64,000 bases of DNA from positions 64,001 to 128,000 of IMG/VR virus record IMGVR_UViG_3300036987_000310, one strand, 5' to 3'. A program made the position numbers and the translations under genes. This DNA comes from a virus. Taxonomy: Duplodnaviria; Caudoviricetes. A model generated the notes under the pieces. The model did not search any database. It worked only from the letters and a program-made list of their open reading frames with translations, and was not told where the DNA came from. Positions 38,084-46,254 of this stretch are shown here, piece by piece (the first letter of the stretch is position 1; each line of letters begins with the position of its first letter).

Positions 38084-38642
38084 TTCTTTCCCCTTTGATC
38101 ATGAGGCTTAGCACGGCGTCCACAAGCCTGATTCGTTCTTGCATGGAAGGCGTGTTTATCTGAAAATATTTGAGTCCCCACATTTCGAGCATGAATTTTA
38201 TTACAGCGTCTATACGGATCAGATCGTCCCATTCAACTTTTTCGCGAACTCCGTCATTACATATTAACTGTTTGGATGGGCGGATAAAAAATATCGCGAC
38301 GTTGTCTTCTCGAAGTCTATCCACATACTCTTCGAGGGCATGGTCTCTGATGACTCCTCGCAACACTGTCGTGTGCATGGCGGCATACGCCAAATTGTCG
38401 AAGCTTCTATCGGAAACAAAATGCTCTTTTTTTGACTCTTCTGTTATCTGTCTTTCCAACACGCTTCTTTGGTATGCGTTGACAGCCTGAATGTCGGACC
38501 TCAACGCTTCCAAAGTGATTTCTTTTTCAGCCAGAAGCAACCGAGCCACTTCTGTCAAAAGAGAAAGCCCATGTTGTTGCGCCGTATATCGCGCCATGGT
38601 TGTTTTGCCAGTGCTGTGCGATCCGACGAAATATACTCTCAT
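38073..38642 (-). CDS. P-loop NTPase/kinase (AAA_28/NadR-like)
   Basis: VYFVGSHSTGKTT, LLTEVAR, FVSDRSFDNLAY. Confidence 0.75.
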   Translation of the reverse strand: MRVYFVGSHSTGKTTMARYTAQQHGLSLLTEVARLLLAEKEITLEALRSDIQAVNAYQRSVLERQITEESKKEHFVSDRSFDNLAYAAMHTTVLRGVIRDHALEEYVDRLREDNVAIFFIRPSKQLICNDGVREKVEWDDLIRIDAVIKFMLEMWGLKYFQINTPSMQERIRLVDAVLSLMIKGERNGS

Positions 38643-38651
38643 CTTGCATAT

Positions 38652-39143
38652 TTAGGAAGACGTTATCGATTCTAAAAACCTTACGAACAAAGGATTTCTT
38701 AGAGCGTGCTGTCCTCGAGCGTCCCGCACGAGCCGTATGGCGTCGTTTCTTGACATTTTCTCCGGCCCAAAACACAGGGCCAATGCGCACACGAGGCCTG
38801 ACCTGTTTCTTCCAGCCAGGCAGGTGACGAGAACCTCATTGCCTTCTGAAATTCTTTTTATGACGTTTCTGGCTGCCCGCGTTGCAGTCCTAGCACACTC
38901 TTTGGCCATGAATTCGAAATTGTCGTCCATCGGGGCGTGCAAGACTTCTTGGCCCCCAAACAGCCCCGCTTCTGGCTGATATTCTCTTGCGCACAAGACA
39001 ATGGTGTCAAAATCTGCTAGCGCTTGTGAACTTGTTCCGCGTTCGTGGGCGGACAAAATCGGTGGGGCGTTTCCTATCCAAAGGCCGCCGTGAACATTGT
39101 GGGCAAATGACGGGCTCCCCTCTATGGTCAGGATTCGGCTCAT
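38652..39143 (-). CDS. Dual-specificity (Cys-based) phosphatase
   Basis: GLWIGN, MDD acid loop, VTCLAGRNRSG (CX5R), AIRLVRDAR. Confidence 0.85.
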   Translation of the reverse strand: MSRILTIEGSPSFAHNVHGGLWIGNAPPILSAHERGTSSQALADFDTIVLCAREYQPEAGLFGGQEVLHAPMDDNFEFMAKECARTATRAARNVIKRISEGNEVLVTCLAGRNRSGLVCALALCFGPEKMSRNDAIRLVRDARGQHALRNPLFVRFLESITSS

Positions 39144-39940
39144 TGTTCGTGCACGCCATCTAAGGTTGCGGACTCTGGGTGTCTGAAAACAGTTAGCGGC
39201 CCTTCATAACTGACAAGTCCGCACAACTCCGGGTCTAAAGCCACATCGCAAAAGGACATCATTTTGCCATCCACGACAAGCTCCGTGTTCATGAGCCTCA
39301 CAACTTGCGAATAATCGACATGCTTCGTGTTGTGGGCGGTGCCAAGAGTTTGCCATATGGCGCCTCCCCCGGGGCATGCAAACGGACCGTTCTTTCGCAC
39401 TTTTGCCTTTGTGTGCCACCCATAGTTGGTAGCCACGTCTTTTTTTCCCGCCAATTTGTTCGACAAAACCCAATCTTTTCCAACGTCTGCCACCAGCCCA
39501 ATCGATCCGTCAGCTATTTCTTGAATTGATGCGTTTGTTGATCGAACGATCGCTTCCGTAACTGCTGCGCTATGCTTCGCCATTCGCGACGTATACGCCA
39601 TTTTTGAATCCGGAGTTTGTGTATTTGGCTCTAGTTTGACTTTGGCGCTAGCATATATCAAGTCTGCAATCTTTGGGGTTAGCATGGACATCAAAAGCAT
39701 GTCCGCAATTCTTTGTTCACCATCCATGGTTGCATTGATTCTCAAAAAATCATTTGGCTCCCCCACCATCAGTGCATCCGACATCACGCTTACTATCGCA
39801 ACGTGCTCTTTCCACTTGGACTCTATGTTCACTATTCTTGGCTGGAGATAGTGTCCTGTCCCGATGATGTTGATAATCTTCTGCTCCCTGTCTGAAGTGT
39901 TTTCTTCCGGAAGTTCTTTAACTATTTCGGAAGCTTTCAT
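39140..39940 (-). CDS. Hypothetical protein adjacent to endolysin
   Basis: 266 aa with NYGWH and HNTKHVDYSQ motifs that look enzyme-like; ends LDGVHEQ. Confidence 0.6.
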   Translation of the reverse strand: MKASEIVKELPEENTSDREQKIINIIGTGHYLQPRIVNIESKWKEHVAIVSVMSDALMVGEPNDFLRINATMDGEQRIADMLLMSMLTPKIADLIYASAKVKLEPNTQTPDSKMAYTSRMAKHSAAVTEAIVRSTNASIQEIADGSIGLVADVGKDWVLSNKLAGKKDVATNYGWHTKAKVRKNGPFACPGGGAIWQTLGTAHNTKHVDYSQVVRLMNTELVVDGKMMSFCDVALDPELCGLVSYEGPLTVFRHPESATLDGVHEQ

Positions 39941-39986
39941 TGATGAAGCCTTTCATCAACTTCTGTGAAACTCTTTGAATGGCCGT

Positions 39987-40742
39987 TCATTGTTCCCCCA
40001 GTTCAAAATGCATTCCGTCAGGTCTTTTCGGAAAATTTCCTCCCCAAAAGAACCCGAGCTCACTTGCTGCCGGAACTAAATCCCTTACTGACCCATGTGC
40101 CCCGGAAGCAGGTGGGGGAACACCCAACGGGTTCCATTGAGCATTGATGTCAAAAGCTGTGGCAAATGCGTGGGAGCTTAAGTATGTTTTGCTCCCACGC
40201 ACAAACCTCGGAGCCCACGCCCCACTCCAGGACAAAACAAAATGTAGAAGATCGTTGTCTTCCCACTTTTTCCACAACTGCACTAGTTTGTCTGCACCTT
40301 TTTCGTGAAATAAAACTGTGCAGTCTTTTGGCGCCCCGATCACACCAGCCAACTGAGGGATTTCCACCTTCTTGAGCTTTTTGGCCCACGAGTTGGTGAT
40401 TTTTATTGTTTCAGGGTTATCTGACGATGAAGCAGCAACATAAGTCAGCGGTCCAAAAAGGCGCTGCTTGTCCATGTACGTTAGCGCTTTGACAAATCCG
40501 CCAGACTGCAGGACGTTGGCTTTCCCGTACCCCAGTTTCGCCGCTTCTTGCAAAGTCTTCGGCCCGACAACTCCGTCGTTATCCAAGCCATGTTTTTTCT
40601 GGAATTCGATTGTTGCGTCGCGGGTTTTAGGGCCGAACGATCCATCAACTACCCCGGGGGCCAACCCTTGCCCGACCAGAAACAGCTGCCATTGTCTCAC
40701 ATCTTGTCCAAACTTGCTAATCTCGAGCATTCGTCCCTCCAA
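39987..40742 (-). CDS. Endolysin: peptidoglycan-binding domain + M15 family peptidase
   Basis: DVRQWQLFL...DGSFGPKTRDATIEFQKKHGL..DGVVGPKT (PG_binding_1); LSSHAFATAFDIN (SxHxxxxAxD) and DGMHFE. Confidence 0.85.
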   Translation of the reverse strand: MEGRMLEISKFGQDVRQWQLFLVGQGLAPGVVDGSFGPKTRDATIEFQKKHGLDNDGVVGPKTLQEAAKLGYGKANVLQSGGFVKALTYMDKQRLFGPLTYVAASSSDNPETIKITNSWAKKLKKVEIPQLAGVIGAPKDCTVLFHEKGADKLVQLWKKWEDNDLLHFVLSWSGAWAPRFVRGSKTYLSSHAFATAFDINAQWNPLGVPPPASGAHGSVRDLVPAASELGFFWGGNFPKRPDGMHFELGEQ

Positions 40743-40774
40743 CGGAGGGACGTTACCGCAAGTTTAATCCTCTG

Positions 40775-41014
40775 TCACACCGGGGTCCCTTGACATGCGT
40801 GGGCCACCATCCCGACCAAGGCCCCCACGGCCACAATTAGGGCCACGAGATAGAAGCCAAAATCGTCTTCCTCGCTTTCAAGACGCCCTTTAGGAGGCCC
40901 GGCACTCTGGTGCACGGGCCTTGGGTCCTCTAGATCATGTGGCTTGTTCTTGAGGTCAAACTTCGCTGGCATCATTCCCATGGTCCTTTCACGCGGCCAC
41001 GAGGACATGGACAC
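40775..41014 (-). CDS. Small membrane protein (C-terminal TM) upstream of endolysin
   Basis: FYLVALIVAVGALVGMVA; start uncertain. Confidence 0.45.
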   Translation of the reverse strand: MSMSSWPRERTMGMMPAKFDLKNKPHDLEDPRPVHQSAGPPKGRLESEEDDFGFYLVALIVAVGALVGMVAHACQGTPV

Positions 41015-41080
41015 GTTTTGCAGATAGTGATTACCATGGACATGAAAACTTTCAACTTGTCGACTGGCAATGGGCTTGGT

Positions 41081-41896
41081 TCAACCCTTGGTTCGACGCC
41101 AAATTGTCAACATGTCGTTGGTGCTAGGCCATTGAGGAATGGACACTGTCGCTTCAAGAGCAAAGTCCCTGCACAAGATTTTCCGGAACCTTTCATCGGC
41201 AGTCGTGTCGGAAAACTCGCCAACATACGCCAGGCGCTCTCCTCTCCAATGTTTCAAACATTGGGAGGCCATGTCTCCCCTTGGGGGCCAGCATAGCAAG
41301 AGAGTCTTGTCAGCGTGATCCTTTAGAATTTCCGGGGTTCCGTGCGCAACCTTCATGTGCTGCTTCGATCCGACGTGCCATGGGTTGCAGGCAGACACTA
41401 GCGACTTTAGAGACCCGGGCGGGGCTCGATCGTACGCGTGCACGCTCGCTCCCATTTTTCGCAAAAGAAAGGCCCAGTATCCGGTGCCTGCCCCCATTTC
41501 AACAATTGGCGACAACGCGGCTATATGTCTGAGAGCTTCTTCGGTCGGAACGGCCCACGAATATCGAGACACGAGATTATCTCGAAGCTCAACCACATCA
41601 GAAGCTTCAAGCCCTCGAGACCGGGCCTCCAAGAATGTTTTCAGAAGAGGATTGGAATCTTGAACCAACGTTTCTTTCCTCTTTTTTGAAAGTTTTTTGA
41701 TTTTGGCCTCGAGCTTCAGGGCGGCAGAAACGTCTGCAACTCTGGTATGCCACGCCACAGTCAAAAACCCGCGGCCACGGGTGAACTTAGCGCCTTTCCC
41801 GCTTCGGTGCTGCTCAAGGCGCCTCATTAGGTTGTCAGTCGCCCCTGTGTACAAGGACCCGTCTCCGCATCGAATCATGTAGACGACCCAAGGCAT
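41081..41896 (-). CDS. GIY-YIG nuclease domain fused to class I SAM-dependent methyltransferase
   Basis: VYMIRCGDGSLYTGATDNLMRRLEQH.SGKGAKFTRGR (UPF0213-type GIY-YIG), then VEMGAGTGYWA and LLLCWPP in a single ORF. Confidence 0.8.
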   Translation of the reverse strand: MPWVVYMIRCGDGSLYTGATDNLMRRLEQHRSGKGAKFTRGRGFLTVAWHTRVADVSAALKLEAKIKKLSKKRKETLVQDSNPLLKTFLEARSRGLEASDVVELRDNLVSRYSWAVPTEEALRHIAALSPIVEMGAGTGYWAFLLRKMGASVHAYDRAPPGSLKSLVSACNPWHVGSKQHMKVAHGTPEILKDHADKTLLLCWPPRGDMASQCLKHWRGERLAYVGEFSDTTADERFRKILCRDFALEATVSIPQWPSTNDMLTIWRRTKG

Positions 41897-41934
41897 TTTA
41901 CCCTCCCTGACGGATACTGCGCGAGTGGTCAGAT

Positions 41935-42765
41935 TTACGCTGCGTCCGCGTTGTCTACGAGAATTTCAGGCACGGATTTTCTTCTGTCTGGATCTGCCAT
42001 GCTGCACGGGTTTACAACAGTTTCCATGTTAAACCCGAAAAACAGGCCCGGAATGTTCACATTGGCAGAGTTGGACAAAGCTTGGACAACCCCGCGATCG
42101 TCCAATTTCCGAAAGAGCGTGGCTAAACGAACATGATCATCATATGAAAAACCGTTTGGCGTGTATTGGGTGAACTTTGAAGTCTTTGACGTGGGCATGT
42201 AGGGAGGGTCGAAGTATGCCGCGTCTCCAGGCCCAGCGTCGGTGCACATGTCCTCGAAATCTGTTTCCGCAAGCTCTGCCATGTTTAGCGCTGCGGAACA
42301 AGCTCGAAGATTTTCTTCGACGAAGATTTTTGGGTTCACATATTTGCCAAACGGAGTGTTGAACCCACCGTTTCTGTTGACTCTATACAAGCCGTTAAAG
42401 CATGTGTGGTTTAGGTAGATAATCCTCGCAGCTCTTTCAGTTTGGCTCATGCAGCTCGGGTCCATGCTGCGAATGTTGAGGTATGACTGTCTGTCATACA
42501 CGAATTGAGGTTGTTTCAATAAGTCAATCAAACCGTCAATGTCGTCTCGCACGGCTTGATATGCATCCATCAAATCCGGGCATTTGTCTCCAATGACAGC
42601 CCGGTCAAATCGCTTTTGACGAGCAAGCTCAAAAAAGACGATGCCGCCGCCCAAGAAAGGCTCGTAGTATGTTCCGATTTTCTTAGGTAGCTTATCGAGA
42701 ATTTTGGAGAGCATGCGGCTCTTGCCGCCCGCCCACTTCATGAATGGTCTCGGGATGGTTGACAT
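41935..42765 (-). CDS. dam: DNA adenine methyltransferase (Dam/D12 class)
   Basis: PFMKWAGGKSR, YYEPFLGGG, YLNHTCFNGLYRVNR.GGFNTPFG, YFDPPY, LSNS. Confidence 0.92.
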   Translation of the reverse strand: MSTIPRPFMKWAGGKSRMLSKILDKLPKKIGTYYEPFLGGGIVFFELARQKRFDRAVIGDKCPDLMDAYQAVRDDIDGLIDLLKQPQFVYDRQSYLNIRSMDPSCMSQTERAARIIYLNHTCFNGLYRVNRNGGFNTPFGKYVNPKIFVEENLRACSAALNMAELAETDFEDMCTDAGPGDAAYFDPPYMPTSKTSKFTQYTPNGFSYDDHVRLATLFRKLDDRGVVQALSNSANVNIPGLFFGFNMETVVNPCSMADPDRRKSVPEILVDNADAA

Positions 42766-42786
42766 CGTGTTCAACCTTACGCCCGA

Positions 42787-43128
42787 TCAAGAGTTCATCA
42801 CAAACACCATCGACACGGCGTGTTCCCAAGCCACAGCCGAGTCACAATCTTTTGCCAAAACCGCATGGATGTCAAACTCTTTTGTGGCTCCGAAAAGTTT
42901 GCAAAGCTGTTCATACTCGATGGTGTTGTTTTCGAGATGAAGTCTTTCTTTGGAGACTTCATTGATGAACGTCATTATTTCAACGAGTCTTCTTTGAAAG
43001 GCGTTAAAGCCGTCTGGCACAAACATGCGGTGTTTGCACCCCGAGCACTCGTGCCATGTTCCTTTTTGAGACTTTCCATCCATGAGACGAAAGCCAGGCT
43101 CTTCTGGGATCCAATTGTGAGGTCTCAT
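42787..43128 (-). CDS. Zn-ribbon hypothetical protein with shared C-terminal tag-like end (MVFVMNS)
   Basis: WHECSGC; DCDSAVAWEHAVSMVFVMNS. Confidence 0.55.
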   Translation of the reverse strand: MRPHNWIPEEPGFRLMDGKSQKGTWHECSGCKHRMFVPDGFNAFQRRLVEIMTFINEVSKERLHLENNTIEYEQLCKLFGATKEFDIHAVLAKDCDSAVAWEHAVSMVFVMNS

Positions 43129-43428
43129 TTATGCCGAGAAAATCTCGAGACATTCAGCCTCGGAGCGAGAGATTTCACAGTCTCTGATAGGTTTGAACTG
43201 CCAAGTTCCGCCTTTCACCGACTCCCAGCACGCAGAGCAAATAGCGATCGGGGTGCCGTCAGGAAATGCCGCCCAGCGGGACGGAGGACTGTGCTTGCCG
43301 TCGTCCCATTCGCAACAGTCGAGAGAGCGGTCCGGACGAATCGATCTGTAGATGCGCAGCCCGAACTGAAACTTGTCGGCGACCTTCGGCATGGGACAGT
43401 GTACAGTCGGGGCGGCGTAGGGCGCCAT
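43129..43428 (-). CDS. Cys-rich hypothetical protein
   Basis: ICSACW; abuts the next gene. Confidence 0.45.
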   Translation of the reverse strand: MAPYAAPTVHCPMPKVADKFQFGLRIYRSIRPDRSLDCCEWDDGKHSPPSRWAAFPDGTPIAICSACWESVKGGTWQFKPIRDCEISRSEAECLEIFSA

Positions 43429-43656
43429 GCGTCGGGCAGAATGGATCTGCCCGATCTACAAAAAAAACGCGGGGTGGAGTTTCAAAGGACAACAAATGCT
43501 GCATGCTGACTTTTCAACGCTCAATGTTCACGGCTTAGCTCTGATGGAAAGGACAAATGCTGAAAGCTGCCCAAGGGTTCATCGCCGGAGCCAAAGTCGT
43601 TGTAATGAAAGCATTTAGCTTTCATTGTTCCTTCTACTCCTCCAATCCCGCTCCCG

Positions 43657-44199
43657 TCACATTGAAGCGTCGGGCAAGCCCTCGACTTCAACGATCAGAG
43701 TCTTATGGTTTACAGTCTCGACCGCATTGTTTAGCTTGACATACTTCTCTCGCAAAGACTCAAGAAGTTCAACCTGTTCCGCGGTGGACATGTCAGAAGT
43801 CCATGGGCGCGACGTTTTTTCCACATAACGTCTTCCGTTATCGTCATAGCTGACGTCTTGCAGCGTGTCGACCCCCTCTTTTGAGGTTCGAACAGGCAGC
43901 TCTTCCAAGCGCTTGATCGTCCCCTTTAGCTCAGATAAAGTTCTCACCGCCATGGCGAGAGACACCGTTCGGCTTCCCCATTCAAAGCTAGTCGACGCGT
44001 TTGCTATCGCTATGGCAGTTTGCAGCTCCACCAGTCGCTTGATAAGCTCATTGAGCTTTTCGCGTGATTTGTCAAATTTGAAAGCAGGAGGATCGTCGTC
44101 ACGGTAAAACACACCTTGGAGACGACCTGACCATTCCTTGACTTTGCCCTTGATTTGAGCCACTTCCCGAATCGCCTCGGCAATTGATATTCGTGTCAT
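43657..44199 (-). CDS. Coiled-coil hypothetical protein (DIP1984-like pattern)
   Basis: ISIAEAI...LQTAIAIANAST...KLNNAVETVNHKT; TAAACT-N6-ATG upstream. Confidence 0.6.
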   Translation of the reverse strand: MTRISIAEAIREVAQIKGKVKEWSGRLQGVFYRDDDPPAFKFDKSREKLNELIKRLVELQTAIAIANASTSFEWGSRTVSLAMAVRTLSELKGTIKRLEELPVRTSKEGVDTLQDVSYDDNGRRYVEKTSRPWTSDMSTAEQVELLESLREKYVKLNNAVETVNHKTLIVEVEGLPDASM

Positions 44200-44407
44200 G
44201 GGCGCAGTTTACACTTGATCTAGTCACATCGTTTGAATTCGTTGAGAATGGCGCGATAAAATGGGCTGAGGACGCGCAACACTGCACCCTTCGTGATGAC
44301 AAACCTTGCCTGGGTTGTCATGTCAGCTGGGGCGATCTTCCGCTACTCCTCGTTTCGCAGTCGTCCCTCAAGCAGGGCAGTCAACTGCGCTATGACCCGT
44401 TCGGCTC

Positions 44408-44656
44408 TCAGATGTCCTCCCTTGGTAGGACAGCCAAGGTGACGTAGACGTCCGGGTGTTCGGTCGTGTCCTCGGGAGCATCAGACACCCGGACATGCCT
44501 GTTGTCGATCACCCAACAGCCCTTGATGCTCGGCAGAACAACACGGTCCCCAGGGTGCAAGGCGAGAGCCACTTGTGCATTCATCTCCGTTCTGCCGATA
44601 GTATCTCCATCCAGAAGAGCCCTTCGCAATTCAACACTCGCACGCATTGGCTTCAT
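44408..44656 (-). CDS. Hypothetical protein
   Basis: 82 aa, ATGA overlap with the deaminase gene. Confidence 0.45.
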   Translation of the reverse strand: MKPMRASVELRRALLDGDTIGRTEMNAQVALALHPGDRVVLPSIKGCWVIDNRHVRVSDAPEDTTEHPDVYVTLAVLPREDI

Positions 44657-45138
44657 GTCGACCCATTGTTTCGCATGTTGGTTTCGACCACTTCCTTGAC
44701 ACTGAAGATCTCAGGGCGGGGCTCAACCCGTCTAAAGTCTATGTCGCATTTGGAAATCAAATCCGGATCGAGAGGGATGCGGTATTGCTCATCAAACACA
44801 ATGGAGCGCACGCCAGAATTTATGAGCATCTTGAAACAGTTATAGCAAGGCGACAACGTCACATATGCCGTCGCCCCGTCAATGCAGGTTCCATGCTTCG
44901 CTGCTTGAGCCACAGCGTTAACTTCTGCGTGAATAGTTCTTATACACCCTCCGTCAGGGCCGATTTCACACCCGACGTCAGTGCAATGTGGCTGTCCGCG
45001 TATGGACCCGCCATAACCGGTCGACAAGATTGCTCTGTCGCGAACTATCACACATCCAACTTGTTTTCTGTTGCAGGTTGACCGCTCAGCGACTTCACGA
45101 GCTATCGACAGGAAATACTCGTCCCAGCTTTTTCGCAT
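44653..45138 (-). CDS. dCMP deaminase
   Basis: WDEYFLSIA..VAERSTC.RKQVGCVIV, STGYGG, HAEVNA, SPCYNC. Confidence 0.92.
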   Translation of the reverse strand: MRKSWDEYFLSIAREVAERSTCNRKQVGCVIVRDRAILSTGYGGSIRGQPHCTDVGCEIGPDGGCIRTIHAEVNAVAQAAKHGTCIDGATAYVTLSPCYNCFKMLINSGVRSIVFDEQYRIPLDPDLISKCDIDFRRVEPRPEIFSVKEVVETNMRNNGST

Positions 45139-45172
45139 GAGACGAATTACACTCCTGCAGTGTCAGCATTTG

Positions 45173-45299
45173 TGGCGGGTGAAGGAATCGAACCTTCCTG
45201 GCGTGTGGGCACAAACGGCGTCTCCCTTTCGGGAGAGAGTGGAAAATGCCGGATTGTCTTCCTTTTGGTAGAAGCGGGATCCCAGATCCCTAACCCGCC
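45173..45299 (-). ncRNA. tRNA-like RNA 1 with module inserted in variable region (anticodon arm ambiguous)
   Basis: Acceptor GGCGGGT/ACCCGCC; D hairpin GGGATC-TGG-GATCCC; T arm GAAGG-TTCGATT-CCTTC; insert GGCAT..CCACTC-TCTCCC(GAAA)GGGAGA..GTGCC-CACACG. Confidence 0.75.
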
Positions 45300-45305
45300 T
45301 AATTG

Positions 45306-45434
45306 AAAACGCTCGAGTGTCGATGCCGGTTTTGGTGCACGAGGCAGGACTTGAACCTGCAACTTCCTGTTTCGTAGACAGACGCTCTACCTTTGAGCAA
45401 CTTGCGCTTGTTGGAACCGATGATTGAGCGTTTT
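45306..45434 (-). ncRNA. Module wrapped around tRNA-Arg(ACG)
   Basis: Terminal 9-bp stem AAAACGCTC/GAGCGTTTT; CGGTT/AACCG inner stem; CCAACAAG before and ACACTC after the tRNA. Confidence 0.7.
45333..45407 (-). tRNA. tRNA-Arg(ACG)
   Basis: GCGCAAG TT GCTC AAAGGTA GAGC G TCTGT CT-ACG-AA ACAGG AAGTT GCAGG TTCAAGT CCTGC CTCGTGC A CCA. Confidence 0.9.
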
Positions 45435-45435
45435 C

Positions 45436-45572
45436 GGAGCGGGACCCGGGAGTCGAACCCGGAAACTTGTGAGCAAGATTTGCGGCTTCCTTGCGAAAGC
45501 GAGGGGGCTTGCTGGTTGAGCATTGGCTCCACTGTGGAAAAGTGGTGAGGAACCGATCCTCTGTAGTCCCGC
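45436..45572 (-). ncRNA. tRNA-Gly(TCC)-like RNA 2 with ~65-nt variable-loop module
   Basis: Acceptor GCGGGAC/GTCCCGC + U discriminator (Gly-like); anticodon arm CCACT-TTTCCAC-AGTGG; insert AGCAAG-CCCCCTC-GCTTTC(GCAA)GGAAGC..CTTGCT-CACAAG; T arm CCGGG-TTCGACT-CCCGG. Confidence 0.82.
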
Positions 45573-45580
45573 GAAAGTTT

Positions 45581-45707
45581 GGACGTTCGAGTGGCGACGC
45601 TGATTTTTGGCTTGCAAAGCGGGACTTGAACCCACTACACCCAGCTTTTAAGGCTGATGCTCTACCCAATGAGCTATTTGCTTGTTAGAGCCGCTGTTTG
45701 AACGTCC
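45581..45707 (-). ncRNA. Module wrapped around a tRNA-like core with UAA anticodon
   Basis: Terminal 8-bp stem GGACGTTC/GAACGTCC; CTAACAAGC before and CCACTC after the core. Confidence 0.72.
45608..45683 (-). tRNA. Atypical tRNA, anticodon TAA (Leu) on a short-variable-loop body with 5-bp acceptor
   Basis: AAGCAAA TA GCTC ATTGGGTA GAGC A TCAGC CT-TAA-AA GCTGG GTGTA GTGGG TTCAAGT CCCGC TTTGCAA G CCA; pairs 1 and 2 of the acceptor are A-A mismatches. Confidence 0.65.
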
Positions 45708-45844
45708 TGGTGCAGGGCGAAGGAGTCGAACCTTCTTAGCTTGTGAGCACTTCGAATGCTCCTGGTGAGGGAGCGAGTGGAAACGCTGGAGACTTTTGTC
45801 GTCGTGTCCAAATCACGATGGGTGACCGTCACCCTGTGCCCTGC
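45708..45844 (-). ncRNA. tRNA(TTG, Gln)-like RNA 3 with variable-loop module
   Basis: Acceptor GCAGGGC/GCCCTGC-A-CCA; D hairpin GGGTGA-CGG-TCACCC; anticodon arm TCGTG-ATTTGGA-CACGA; insert CCACTC-GCTCC..GGAGC..GTGCT-CACAAG. Confidence 0.82.
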
Positions 45845-45852
45845 ATATTAAC

Positions 45853-46012
45853 CGCGTCCGAGTGGCAAATCTGTTTTACGCTTTTGACGATTTTCCTGTC
45901 GTTGCCTTTACCAGTTTGGCTACTCCCCCTAGTTTTTCCGTGGTGGGGGAGGCGGGAATCGAACCCGCATTGTGCTTTCGCACTTGCTTGTTAGATCAAC
46001 CGTATGGACGCG
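45853..46012 (-). ncRNA. Circularly permuted tRNA mimic with terminal module (YrlA/Y-RNA-like topology)
   Basis: 5'-CGCGTCC..CTAACAAGC, GTGC(GAAA)GCAC, T arm GCGGG-TTCGATT-CCCGC, CTCCCCC-ACCA, 11-nt linker, GGGGGAG, D arm GCC-AAACTGGTAA-AGGC, ..CCACTC-GGACGCG-3'. Confidence 0.78.
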
Positions 46013-46014
46013 AT

Positions 46015-46143
46015 TGGCGCCGGACCTTGGATTCGAACCAAGTTGCTTGTGAGCAGGACTTGAAGCTCCCTTGCGGGGGCGAGTTGGCCAGCTGGGCTTA
46101 GATCAGCTTAAGAGGCTGGTGGGGACCATCCCCAGTGTCCGGC
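46015..46143 (-). ncRNA. tRNA-Lys(CTT)-like RNA 5 with variable-loop module
   Basis: Acceptor GCCGGAC/GTCCGGC-G-CCA; D hairpin GGGGA-TGG-TCCCC; anticodon CAGC-CTCTTAA-GCTG; insert CAACTC-GCCCCC(GCAA)GGGAGC..CTGCT-CACAAG; T arm CTTGG-TTCGAAT-CCAAG. Confidence 0.82.
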
Positions 46144-46144
46144 A

Positions 46145-46221
46145 TGGTAACGGGGGCAGGATTTGAACCTGCGACCTTGAGGTTATGGGCCTCACGAGCT
46201 ACCAGACTGCTCTACCCCGCA
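46145..46221 (-). tRNA. tRNA-Met(CAT), initiator-like
   Basis: TGCGGGG..CCCCGTT-A-CCA with 1:72 mismatch; D stem GAGC/GCTC; anticodon TGAGG-CC-CAT-AA-CCTCA (C33, only two G-C pairs at the loop-proximal end). Confidence 0.9.
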
Positions 46222-46254
46222 TCGATGACGACATGAACTTTCAAAGAACGAGAA

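Noticed and set aside
45853-46012. Two-piece (permuted) tmRNA
   Set aside because: The gene order resembles permuted tmRNA, but only about 75 nt follow the 5' acceptor strand, with no tag ORF or pseudoknots. The ends pair into the shared module instead.
45581-46012. Module transcribed from the plus strand (GTCCGAGTGG resembles the vertebrate Y-RNA 5' strand; some G-U pairs fit better)
   Set aside because: T loops, CCA ends, anticodon arms and GNRA tetraloops all read on the minus strand, as do the flanking genes. The plus-strand resemblance is kept only as a weak alternative.
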